Part shown: piece by piece, positions 17,239-25,530 of the stretch
Position numbering within the stretch: position 1 is the stretch's first letter
Layout of the letters: every line of letters starts with the position of its first letter
Origin: a virus
Strand: one strand, 5' to 3'
IMG/VR virus record: IMGVR_UViG_3300045012_000066
Span: 58,464 to 122,463 of that record
DNA: 64,000 nt
Position numbers and translations under genes: made by a program
Notes under the pieces: generated by a model
What the model was told of the DNA's origin: nothing
Database searches by the model: none
The model's input: only the letters and a program-made list of their open reading frames with translations

Positions 17239-17900
17239 CAACACAGAAAAAGTCCGCAGCATCCGGCAGGGTAGAAGTTCAGGACGAATTAAAATTGCGC
17301 TGGCCCGAGGGCTGGAAGCGAACCCTGATTGAGTTGCGTAGGGGGCAAAAGCGATGGGGCAAGACCTCTTCCTACTACCACCAGAGCGTCATCAAGGAAC
17401 TGACGCTGATGGGTGCCACCGCCATCCTGATCACCCATTGGCCCAACGACAAGGAACGCATGGACCCCGGCGTTGCCGTGTGGTTCTCGCTGGTCAAGGA
17501 AGACTACTCATGGCAGACGCTGCTCGATCTGCCGCCCGCGCCCACACTGGATGAGATTGACCGCGCCTTCCGCGACAAGGCGAAGCCCATCCACCCCGAC
17601 CGGACGGACGGCGGCGATCCCGAGATGTTCAAACGGATGGGTGAGGCCAAGAGGCGGGCCAGAGATTGGGTTCTGGGCGAGAATGCGGGCCGTCATGAGC
17701 ACGTGATGGCGCTGGACCTTTACACCAGCATCCACTCCAATCTGGCCGGACTCGCGCAAGCCTTCAAGGCGTTCCGATCCTTGCAGCGATTGGGTATGCC
17801 CACCATTCTGGAGCGCGTGCTGGAGGGAGCTTTGAAGGGCGTACTGCCTATGACGGCATCGGGAGGTGCCAATGAGCCTCGTACTGAACGTTCCGCATAA
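17232..17900 (+). CDS. J-domain (DnaJ-like) containing phage protein
   Basis: WQTLLDL...EIDRAFRDKAKPIHPDR...MFKRMGEA (HPD motif); WPEGWKRT and DPGVAVWF motifs. Confidence 0.75.
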   Translation: MVTTQKKSAASGRVEVQDELKLRWPEGWKRTLIELRRGQKRWGKTSSYYHQSVIKELTLMGATAILITHWPNDKERMDPGVAVWFSLVKEDYSWQTLLDLPPAPTLDEIDRAFRDKAKPIHPDRTDGGDPEMFKRMGEAKRRARDWVLGENAGRHEHVMALDLYTSIHSNLAGLAQAFKAFRSLQRLGMPTILERVLEGALKGVLPMTASGGANEPRTERSA

Positions 17901-18360
17901 CCCGCAAGACATGATTGCCTCACTTCAGCGCGAACTGCATGACCGAATCGTGCGCATTCGCGAACTGGAAGATGAACTCGACAAAGAGAAGCTGCGCAAC
18001 CGGGGCGTCGAGGTCAGCGCCGCAAGCCTGCGCAACATCCTGACCCCGCTCTACAACGCCATTGGCGGCATTCTCGGCCATATAGACGCCATGGATATCA
18101 CCACCACGGACGGACGCAGCGGCAAGCCCGCCAGCAGCGAAGACGACAAGGTGTGGGAGTCGTGGAAGCAGAAGCTGGGGGGAAAGACGGCAGCGGCTAT
18201 CGACGCGCTGCGCATGCACGGCCCCATGACACAGGCACAGTTACGAATTCAATTAGGCTGCGCGACGCGTACGGTCACCAACGTAGTCGGAGCACTGAAC
18301 AAGGCCGCGCTCATCAATAAGGCCAACGGAAAGATCGCGCTCAAGGAGTTGTACAAGTGA
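17872..18360 (+). CDS. Coiled-coil plus C-terminal winged-HTH protein
   Basis: GGAGG SD; N-terminal heptads; GPMTQAQLRIQLGCATRTVTNVVGALNKAALI. Confidence 0.65.
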   Translation: MSLVLNVPHNPQDMIASLQRELHDRIVRIRELEDELDKEKLRNRGVEVSAASLRNILTPLYNAIGGILGHIDAMDITTTDGRSGKPASSEDDKVWESWKQKLGGKTAAAIDALRMHGPMTQAQLRIQLGCATRTVTNVVGALNKAALINKANGKIALKELYK

Positions 18361-18554
18361 CACTCTGGACGTTGAGCAACCCACACAGCTTGTCTATGGT
18401 GATCGAAATCATAGGCGTACAAACGGTGCGAGCTACCTTCCCGGCGATCCCCGGCTGCGAAGGAGAGGGCACCCATCTCGATCCTTGGAAAGCACGCGAT
18501 ATGGCGATCCTCAATTGCGCACAGTCAATTGTGGCGAAGCTGCAATCGGAGTAA
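18357..18554 (+). CDS. Hypothetical protein
   Basis: GTGA overlap, AAGGAG SD. Confidence 0.5.
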   Translation: MTLWTLSNPHSLSMVIEIIGVQTVRATFPAIPGCEGEGTHLDPWKARDMAILNCAQSIVAKLQSE

Positions 18555-18559
18555 ACGTC

Positions 18560-18796
18560 ATGCATATTCAGGTCGTCAGCACAGAAGGTGGAAGACACGA
18601 ACTTATCACGCTCACTGAACCAGTGACGATTTTGTGCGGCGAAACATTGGACCGTTTAATCTGCGGAGCCACGGAACACTGGTTCAGGAAAGACGGCACC
18701 TACGACGGTTGGGGTATGAATCTGGCCGACACCAAGATGACTCCAGAGGAAATATCCAAGCTTGTCGATGAGGTCGAGAAGGGCCGGGTGTTCTAA
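18560..18796 (+). CDS. Hypothetical protein
   Basis: ATG 18560 after GGAG; 78 aa. Confidence 0.55.
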   Translation: MHIQVVSTEGGRHELITLTEPVTILCGETLDRLICGATEHWFRKDGTYDGWGMNLADTKMTPEEISKLVDEVEKGRVF

Positions 18797-18813
18797 AGAA
18801 CACGGAGGCAACG

Positions 18814-19179
18814 ATGGGTCTAAGCGCACACAACTTCGACACAGAGCTTTCAATCTGGGCAAGGGTTCACAGGATTCACAACTCCCATCCGGGAAGGGTT
18901 CTCCTCGACGGTCGGGAGGTTTCCCTAGAAAAGCTTCACGGCACCTTGTCTGACACCTTTGAACCAATAGCAAGGAAGAGGAAGGTAAAGCCGCCAGAGA
19001 ACCGGCCCCGGTCGGCAGATTGCCTCGTTCACCACAATGCGGAGTTTGCCCAAGCGCATGCGGAGAGGCTGGAGCGCCTGACCGGCGACCACTGCGAGGT
19101 CAGGAAGTACGGACCTACCCTCTTCAAGGTGATCCGGTATGACGCCAGCGGCAAGTGGGTCTTGAACTGTTCGTACTGA
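18814..19179 (+). CDS. Hypothetical protein
   Basis: GGAGG SD, 121 aa. Confidence 0.6.
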   Translation: MGLSAHNFDTELSIWARVHRIHNSHPGRVLLDGREVSLEKLHGTLSDTFEPIARKRKVKPPENRPRSADCLVHHNAEFAQAHAERLERLTGDHCEVRKYGPTLFKVIRYDASGKWVLNCSY

Positions 19180-19191
19180 GGGAGGGAAGCG

Positions 19192-19332
19192 ATGCGTGTT
19201 CTGTTGATAGACGAAGAGGCCAAGGAAAAAGTTGCGCAGGCGATGTCTTATGCGCGGCAGCACATCTACCACCCCGGCACAGATACCAAAGTGCCGGGAG
19301 ACCCCACTGTATGGTGCTGGCCGAGGAGTTGA
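19192..19332 (+). CDS. Small hypothetical protein (46 aa), possibly truncated
   Basis: Manual: GGAGGG SD, MRVLLIDEEAKEKVAQAMSYARQHIYHPG... Confidence 0.45.
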   Translation: MRVLLIDEEAKEKVAQAMSYARQHIYHPGTDTKVPGDPTVWCWPRS

Positions 19333-19336
19333 CGCA

Positions 19337-19594
19337 ATGAGTGACGACAAGGAAATTAAAACGCATACAACTGAAGACGACGAGTACTTGGAGCGGGCGA
19401 AGAAACGCGCCTTGGCCTACCTTGATCAGCTACACGATCCGGCGCAGGCGTTCACGTCGATGCTCAGCGACATGACCAAGAACCCGCATTTCAGGAACCA
19501 TGCAGGCAACATGATCGGCACGGGGATGATGCTGATCCCCGGTTGGATCACCAACCCGGTCGAGGTGCGACGCTGGATTGAGGGCTATCGCTGA
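19337..19594 (+). CDS. Conserved phage hypothetical protein (85 aa)
   Basis: GAGGAG SD; KRALAYLD...AFTSMLSDMTK...RRWIEGY. Confidence 0.7.
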   Translation: MSDDKEIKTHTTEDDEYLERAKKRALAYLDQLHDPAQAFTSMLSDMTKNPHFRNHAGNMIGTGMMLIPGWITNPVEVRRWIEGYR

Positions 19595-19595
19595 G

Positions 19596-20381
19596 TTATT
19601 TCTTAGTCTTTTTCTTAGCTCTTGTGACCCTTGCGACTGGCTCCGGTTCCGGCTCTGGCTCAGGTTCTGGTTCAGGCTCTTCTTCTTCCGGCTCTTCAGG
19701 TTCCTCTGGCTCTGGCTCTTCTGGTTCCGGTTCTGGTTCCGGTTCTGGTTCTGGCTCAGCCGGTGGTTCCGGTTCAGGCTCTGGCTCAGGTTCAGGCTCC
19801 GGCTCTGGCTCAGGTTCAGGTTCTGGTTCAGGCTCAGGCTCAGGTTCAGGCTCCGGCTCTGGCTCAGGTTCAGGTTCTGGTTCAGGCTCCGGCTCAGGTT
19901 CAGGCGTTGGCGGTTCCGGTATAGGAAGCCCAGCCAGCGTCAGCAACTGGACGTATCCCTGTTGCACCATGGCGTCTAACTCTTCCTGTGTATGCTGGCC
20001 AACCCGCACGCGTTCGTCGCCGATGTCAACCGCTTCCCCCGGAGCCGCATCCCCGGATTGCATACTGGGCAAGGAAACCCAGTAGAACGTTTGTTCGTTG
20101 ATGCTGATCCGCCAGATGGCGCAGTACCCAATCTCACCGTCCGGGACATGGCCAAGCTGCATCATCCCCCATTCGTCATAGCCAGCGATATCCGCCAGCC
20201 AGCCGCGAAAGCTGGCACGCTGCATCTCCAGTTGTTCACCGGGAGCCACACCTAGTGCTACGAGAATTGCATTGGAGTTCGGCCTGCCTTCCTCCATGCG
20301 CATGGTGGCGTCTTGAATCTTGAGCATGTCTTCGCGACGCATTGCTTCTGCGAACTCTTCCAGTGTTGCGACCTGCTGCAT
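19596..20381 (-). CDS. Protein with long (Pro-Glu)n tract and basic tail
   Basis: ATG 20381 after GGAGG; ~94-residue PE-rich tract; ends [11 protein letters not shown]. Confidence 0.7.
   Translation of the reverse strand: MQQVATLEEFAEAMRREDMLKIQDATMRMEEGRPNSNAILVALGVAPGEQLEMQRASFRGWLADIAGYDEWGMMQLGHVPDGEIGYCAIWRISINEQTFYWVSLPSMQSGDAAPGEAVDIGDERVRVGQHTQEELDAMVQQGYVQLLTLAGLPIPEPPTPEPEPEPEPEPEPEPEPEPEPEPEPEPEPEPEPEPEPEPEPEPEPEPPAEPEPEPEPEPEPEEPEPEEPEEPEEEEPEPEPEPEPEPEPVARVTRAKKKTKK
19638..19919 (-). repeat. Coding 6-bp tandem repeat (Pro-Glu)
   Basis: CC(T/A/G)GA(A/G) units with synonymous variation. Confidence 0.9.
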
Positions 20382-20430
20382 ATAAACCTCCACTGCCTAT
20401 AGTAGGTCTAGAAGCTAACTTATCCGACAC

Positions 20431-20631
20431 TTATTGTCCCCAGATAGATTCTTGCTCCTTACGATGCGCGGCCAGCACGCGATTGCGGTGCGGCGCAGGG
20501 AGATAGACCATGCCACCCATGCCACCGGGTTTAGGAGCGAGGCACTTGCCCGACACGGCTGCGTTGCACTCTGGACACTGAATGGAGAGGGTCTCGTCAT
20601 CGTAGTTGTCGAAGTCTAGGTGCAGGTCCAT
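20431..20631 (-). CDS. Small phage Zn-finger protein
   Basis: CPECNAAVSGKC...H-R pattern; GAGGAGG SD. Confidence 0.7.
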   Translation of the reverse strand: MDLHLDFDNYDDETLSIQCPECNAAVSGKCLAPKPGGMGGMVYLPAPHRNRVLAAHRKEQESIWGQ

Positions 20632-20670
20632 TGTTCCTCCTCTTCCTCCTCTTCCTCTTAACTACTCTAG

Positions 20671-20740
20671 TTATCCACAAAAGTTTTTCCACTTATGCAC
20701 CAGTGTTCTTGACTTAAGGCGCAGCTTAGGCGCATGTTAG
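20671..20740 (+). promoter_or_regulatory. Divergent control site: DnaA-box-like 9-mers, TTGACT and AGGCGCA direct repeats
   Basis: TTATCCACA 20671-20679; near-boxes 20685-20693 and 20693-20701; TTGACT 20709; AGGCGCA at 20717 and 20728. Confidence 0.45.
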
Positions 20741-20764
20741 CAGAGTCGTGAAGGCTTATTCACC

Positions 20765-20959
20765 ATGCCGCTGTTGGAAAAGATTTACATGCAGGAGAGA
20801 ATCACTGACCTGCTCGTTCGCTTCTGGGGGTTGGGCAAAGAACTCAACGCCGAGGAGAAGGACACGCTTCTGACGGCACTTGACGCAGAAAATAAATCCA
20901 TTCGCGGGCCGATCCATGTGCGAGCACTGGAACGGCTCCGGGAGATGGGGATTGAGTAA
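20765..20959 (+). CDS. Hypothetical protein
   Basis: 64-aa helical ORF; start uncertain. Confidence 0.5.
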   Translation: MPLLEKIYMQERITDLLVRFWGLGKELNAEEKDTLLTALDAENKSIRGPIHVRALERLREMGIE

Positions 20960-20961
20960 AC

Positions 20962-21180
20962 ATGCCAGCCGACAAGGACGCGCCCTGTGGACGCTGCCAC
21001 ATGCCTCTGAGCGAGCACTGTCCGGGGGATGTGGTTCACGGCGGCATCAAGTGCCGCACTCGCCACTGCCTCGCGCCGTTGTGTGACTGCATAGACTATG
21101 TGGAGACGAGAGATGCCGCGATCCCAGCCAAGGGCGAAAGCCGAATCGCAGACCGAGGACGTAGACCTGAAACAGCGTAG
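20962..21180 (+). CDS. Cys/His-rich small protein
   Basis: CGRCH..HC..C..HC..CDC. Confidence 0.55.
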   Translation: MPADKDAPCGRCHMPLSEHCPGDVVHGGIKCRTRHCLAPLCDCIDYVETRDAAIPAKGESRIADRGRRPETA

Positions 21181-21415
21181 AAAACGCGCCAACGACTGGA
21201 AGCTGTTCCGTCGTAACAACCTCTTTACACAGAAGCGGTTGGCCGAAGTGATCGGCGTGTCGCGTCGCACCATCCAACAGATCGAGGGCGGTCACATTAC
21301 GCCGCGTGACGTGACGCTGCGCCGCTTCGCCGTCTTTAAACAAAAGTGCAAAGTCAACGCAGATTTAAATCTGCAACTTGTAGAAGGAGAAACTGATGGC
21401 AACGGAAGTAGATGA
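21098..21415 (+). CDS. XRE-family helix-turn-helix regulator
   Basis: FTQKRLAEVIGVSRRTIQQIEGGHITPR; start uncertain. Confidence 0.8.
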   Translation: MWRREMPRSQPRAKAESQTEDVDLKQRRKRANDWKLFRRNNLFTQKRLAEVIGVSRRTIQQIEGGHITPRDVTLRRFAVFKQKCKVNADLNLQLVEGETDGNGSR

Positions 21416-21794
21416 GTATGTCGAACCCTTGAGTGGCGAAGAGATTGTGATTGATCTGTGCTCGCGGATCGCTGAAAAGCTGCGAGCGGATTGCAACCTG
21501 AGAGAGAGCGACGCCTACAGCGGCGGCTACATGGCCAAAGTAACCGTCCATCTGGAGGCTTACGGGATGGACACGGCCAACGTGGACGTGGCAGTTGTAA
21601 CCGGCAAGCCACAGGACACCCCGGATGAACTGCTTGACACCGAGTACGAGATTCCCCGCGAGGAAGCTCTGAACAAGGTGCGCGAGCGCTCCGACCAGCC
21701 GGTGCCCACGCTCACGAGCGAAGGCGGTCAGCCGGTGGTGAAGCAGCGCCGTTACGTGAAGGGCGCTGAAAAGGTGGGCGGGGGAGCAAATTAA
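21396..21794 (+). CDS. Hypothetical protein
   Basis: AAGGAG SD, 132 aa. Confidence 0.7.
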   Translation: MATEVDEYVEPLSGEEIVIDLCSRIAEKLRADCNLRESDAYSGGYMAKVTVHLEAYGMDTANVDVAVVTGKPQDTPDELLDTEYEIPREEALNKVRERSDQPVPTLTSEGGQPVVKQRRYVKGAEKVGGGAN

Positions 21795-21817
21795 ATTTTC
21801 CGCGCACTGTTACGCGG

Positions 21818-21862
21818 CGTGCGGCAGTCTTCGAGGGAACGGGAAGCCCAGACTGCCGCACG
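21818..21862 (+). other. Perfect 13-bp stem hairpin (processing site or terminator-like)
   Basis: CGTGCGGCAGTCT ... AGACTGCCGCACG. Confidence 0.55.
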
Positions 21863-21882
21863 TATTCCGCCGAGGTTCAGCG

Positions 21883-22218
21883 ATGACCGACGACCAGATG
21901 AATGCGTTTGTCGAACGTTTTGTGCTATCGTTCGAAAAAATAGGGACAGCGCTGGAGGGTCTGGATGAAACCTACCGACGACACCTCGACAAGCTCTACC
22001 CGGCCCGCGCAGAGCGCCGGGAAGCGGTCGTTACGCGGGTCCAAACCGAAGAAGACCGCATCCGTGAAGCCCAAGGCTCAAGCGCGAAGCCACTCGACCA
22101 ATGGCTCAGCGAAGTCGAAGAAGAAGAAGAAGAGCGGGAATATATTGGAGTTCGCGAGCGGGTCTGGCTCGACGGTCAAAAGCGTAAGCAAACTGAAGAG
22201 AAACCAGCAGGGGATTGA
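21883..22218 (+). CDS. Acidic helical hypothetical protein
   Basis: GAGG SD; 111 aa; overlapped 254 nt by the next gene. Confidence 0.6.
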   Translation: MTDDQMNAFVERFVLSFEKIGTALEGLDETYRRHLDKLYPARAERREAVVTRVQTEEDRIREAQGSSAKPLDQWLSEVEEEEEEREYIGVRERVWLDGQKRKQTEEKPAGD

Positions 22219-22840
22219 TCGCTCGGCAAATGCCCTCAAGCGCATCCGCGTCTCCCCGGAACAACTGGCGCTCGCTCCCCAGATCACGCCGCTGCTGAAG
22301 CAGGCCGCAGGTGGACTGCAACAGGTCATTACGGCACTGCGCTTCTCTGCCGATACTCTCGCGCTGGCGTTCCTTGAAAAGTACGACTCTATCCCGACTG
22401 GAGACCGCGAGTATCTGTCGATTGAGTCCATTGCTCTAGCCGCGCAGATCGACATCACCCATCTGCTGGGATCGATCATGGTCTCTCTTCAGCAGCATGC
22501 GGTCAACGCAACACGGATTATCGCCATGACGAATCACCCCAAGATTACGGAGGCTAGAGTTGCGTACGGCATGCTTCCGCTGGGTGAGCGCGACCGCACG
22601 GCGCTGGATACGGCGATGGGCTTCCTGCCTTCGCCCAAGGGGCCGACCTTCATCGGCAAAGCTATCTTCGGTTCCGGCAAAAATACGATGGATCAGCAGC
22701 GGAGTGATGAGGACGACGATCCGGGAGACGATGGTGATGGCCCTGATCTGGACAAGCTCTTTCCACCTGCAAACACGATGCAGAATAAATTAACCGCGAT
22801 CCGGCAGAGAGCGTTACCGCCTCCCCCGAATCAGCAATGA
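21965..22840 (+). CDS. Putative terminase small subunit or packaging-associated protein
   Basis: Immediately upstream of TerL; GGAGG SD 6 nt before ATG; function inferred from position only. Confidence 0.5.
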   Translation: MKPTDDTSTSSTRPAQSAGKRSLRGSKPKKTASVKPKAQARSHSTNGSAKSKKKKKSGNILEFASGSGSTVKSVSKLKRNQQGIDRSANALKRIRVSPEQLALAPQITPLLKQAAGGLQQVITALRFSADTLALAFLEKYDSIPTGDREYLSIESIALAAQIDITHLLGSIMVSLQQHAVNATRIIAMTNHPKITEARVAYGMLPLGERDRTALDTAMGFLPSPKGPTFIGKAIFGSGKNTMDQQRSDEDDDPGDDGDGPDLDKLFPPANTMQNKLTAIRQRALPPPPNQQ

Positions 22841-22863
22841 ATTTAATTGCGGCAGCGTTTCCT

Positions 22864-22979
22864 TCTTGACGCCTGCCGAAAACAAGCTTAAGTATTGATT
22901 CGATAGGGACACAGGCTCCTCTTCTCAGAGAAGGGACAGGCAATGGCTCTGGCGACAACGCCAGAGCCATTTCTATTTG
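22864..22979 (+). promoter_or_regulatory. Late leader module A (promoter, GACRC box, P1, terminator-like hairpin)
   Basis: TTGACG 22866; GACACAGGC 22908; ATGGCTCTGGCG-ACAA-CGCCAGAGCCAT 22943-22970 followed by TTCTATTTG. Confidence 0.6.
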
Positions 22980-25139
22980 CGGCTCATGTACTCCAACAGG
23001 ACCATCGTCGATAACTTGGAGCAGTTCGAAGCGCAGGAACGGTGGATGCCTATCTACCATACCTACGACGAGGTGCGCGAGTTCATCGCCTACATCGACT
23101 CGCTGACCAAGATCGAGTCGAACTCCAAGACCAGCTATATCTCCGTGGTGAAGCCGATCAGCGGCCAGCGCCAGAAGGACATTGCCCGCTGGGTGGAAAA
23201 CGAGCAGGTGTTATGCGGCTTCGACAGCAGCTACTGGGAGCAGAACTACGCGTGGGTCTGCGACGAAAAAGGGCAGATTTTTAAATTTCATAATCGCAAA
23301 TCGCAGGATGTGTTTGACGCTGTCATCGCCGACTTCGATGAGCGGCAGGTCTCTATCGAATTACTAATCCTGAAGGCACGGCAGGTGGGCATCTCCACCA
23401 AGACGGCGCTGAAATTTATTCACCGGCTGATGTTCATCCCGCACACGCAGGCGGTGATGGCGTCGGTGATGAAAGAAAAGTCGGAACTGATCGGGCGCAT
23501 CCTCGATACCGCGTACAATCGCTCGCCATGGTGGCTGGTGCCGCGCCGCATGCCGAAGCGGTCGTTCGACAACGGCTCCATCCTCTCCATTCAATCCGGT
23601 ATGCAGGCCACTGGACTGGCGCAAGGCTGGACGCCCACCTGCGTCCATGTTTCCGAGCTTGCTGACGTTCCGAATCCCAAGGTCACCATCGAGGAAGGAT
23701 TGTTCCGCGCCGCGCACTCATCCAGAAACCTGTTCATGGTTCTCGAAGGAACGGGTGGCGGCAACACCGGATGGCTGGCGGAGACATGGAGAGCGGCGAA
23801 GGCGGATTGGCCCAAGGGGCTGGCTCGTCTGTTCCCTATGTTTATCCCTTGGCCCATGTGCCCGGACATCTATCCGGAGCCGGACTGGCTCAGAAAATTC
23901 CCCGTGCCCGCCGAGTTCGAGAGCCGCCAGATGCACGACATCACGCGGAAACACGTGACCAAGTGTGAGTCGTATATCCGTAACACGCCCTACCTCGCCA
24001 AAATCGCTGGCACTGGCTGGCGCATGCCGGTCGAGCAGAAGTGGTTCTGGCAGTTCTACTACGACGCGGCCTGCAAGAACCACACGCAGAAGACGTGGTC
24101 TGCGCAGATGCCCGCCGACGATTATGAGGCGCTGACCGGCGTGCATGACACCGTCTTCGATCCCGAAGTGCTGGCCGAGGTGGAAGACCGTATCTACGAA
24201 GTCGAATCCGACGACTACAAGCGCAAGCGCAAACAGCCGGTCGAGATATACGCCATCACCGGCCACGATGTAGACGAGGTCTTCTACCCGCCAGAAGAGC
24301 GCATTGACTGGGAAAAAGAAGTGGTACGCGTCGAGTGGGACTCATATCGCGGCCACCACTACGAGTGGGACATGATTCCACTGCTCACGCTGGACGAAGA
24401 CAACGAGCGGAACACTCTGGACTACCTGCTGATCTACGAATGGCCCAAGAGGGGACAGCGCTACTCCTGCGGGATCGACACGGCAGACGGGCTGGGCAAA
24501 GAAGACGAAGAGCGCACCTGTCTGTCGGTGGCCAAAAACCGCTTTGGGGGAGACTGCGACCAGCAGGTCGCCGAGCTTACGTCGAATCGTATCAACTCCG
24601 CGCAGGTCGTCGCCTTTGCCGCCTGCGTAGGAGCGCTGTACGGGCCAGCCTGCCCGGATGCGAGGGGTATGAAGTACTGCATCGAGCAGATTCAGGGGCC
24701 GGGAGACACCTGCCAACACCAGTTGAAGATGATGGGCTTCTTCAATCACCATATCCCGCGCCGTTACGACTCGAAAAAGATCAGAGACGAGTCATCGAGA
24801 AAAGAAGGCTTCTATGCCAGCACGTGGTCCATTCCCCTGCTCATGACGCGATTCGTCGAGGCAGTGAATGGCGGCTGGTACGAGCCACGGTCGAAGTGGC
24901 TCATCGAGGAGTTGCGCACGCTGGAGCGCCACGTCACTACCAACAAATCAAAAATGGAGCACCAGACCGGCAAGTTTGATGATCGCGTACGCGGCGCGGC
25001 GATGTCGTACTTCACCGCGCACGACATGGACGTGCTGACGGATCGGGCACAGAAACGCTACGCGCTGCCGGTGAACAAGCGGCCCGTGGCCTACAAAGCG
25101 GCGTGTAGCGCCAGTCGGGCATCAGTGGGGAATTGGTGA
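22977..25139 (+). CDS. terL: Terminase large subunit
   Basis: Walker A LKARQVGIST, Walker B HVSE, VLEGTGGG, RNase H-like YSCGIDTADG and KFDDRV; start may be ATG 22986. Confidence 0.92.
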   Translation: MRLMYSNRTIVDNLEQFEAQERWMPIYHTYDEVREFIAYIDSLTKIESNSKTSYISVVKPISGQRQKDIARWVENEQVLCGFDSSYWEQNYAWVCDEKGQIFKFHNRKSQDVFDAVIADFDERQVSIELLILKARQVGISTKTALKFIHRLMFIPHTQAVMASVMKEKSELIGRILDTAYNRSPWWLVPRRMPKRSFDNGSILSIQSGMQATGLAQGWTPTCVHVSELADVPNPKVTIEEGLFRAAHSSRNLFMVLEGTGGGNTGWLAETWRAAKADWPKGLARLFPMFIPWPMCPDIYPEPDWLRKFPVPAEFESRQMHDITRKHVTKCESYIRNTPYLAKIAGTGWRMPVEQKWFWQFYYDAACKNHTQKTWSAQMPADDYEALTGVHDTVFDPEVLAEVEDRIYEVESDDYKRKRKQPVEIYAITGHDVDEVFYPPEERIDWEKEVVRVEWDSYRGHHYEWDMIPLLTLDEDNERNTLDYLLIYEWPKRGQRYSCGIDTADGLGKEDEERTCLSVAKNRFGGDCDQQVAELTSNRINSAQVVAFAACVGALYGPACPDARGMKYCIEQIQGPGDTCQHQLKMMGFFNHHIPRRYDSKKIRDESSRKEGFYASTWSIPLLMTRFVEAVNGGWYEPRSKWLIEELRTLERHVTTNKSKMEHQTGKFDDRVRGAAMSYFTAHDMDVLTDRAQKRYALPVNKRPVAYKAACSASRASVGNW

Positions 25140-25528
25140 TGAAAAATACGCAGCTAAGAAATAAGGTCGTGTACTGGGTGGACCGGAACCAGCAGCTTTA
25201 CATGGGCCTGCCGGAACAGTTTCCCGCGCCATTCGGGATGGAAAGAATTATCTGCGCCACTGCCCAGCAGGCCGAGTACTGGTCGAAGCGTATGCGCGAG
25301 CAGGAGCGAGTCAGAGAAGAGGCGAAGGACGAGGAGCGCGAGAAGGTCGAGGGGCCGATCCGTAAAAACCTGCGCAGCCACATCCTGCATCTGGCCGGGA
25401 ATGCCCGCAACAACATGAACCGCGATTTTCTTCTGATGCACCTTCGCCAGTACGACCAGCGTGCGGACCTCACGAAGACGAGGCGGACCAGCTATCTGCA
25501 CAGCGAAGCGTTTGAGCAAGGGCGTTAA
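25133..25528 (+). CDS. Hypothetical protein between TerL and portal
   Basis: 131-aa ORF, coupled to terL stop. Confidence 0.7.
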   Translation: MVMKNTQLRNKVVYWVDRNQQLYMGLPEQFPAPFGMERIICATAQQAEYWSKRMREQERVREEAKDEEREKVEGPIRKNLRSHILHLAGNARNNMNRDFLLMHLRQYDQRADLTKTRRTSYLHSEAFEQGR

Positions 25529-25530
25529 TT

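Noticed and set aside
19578-20085. Plus-strand (GS)n, (RFRL)n and (AQV)n ORFs
   Set aside because: Shadows of the minus-strand Pro-Glu repeat, which has an SD and a globular domain
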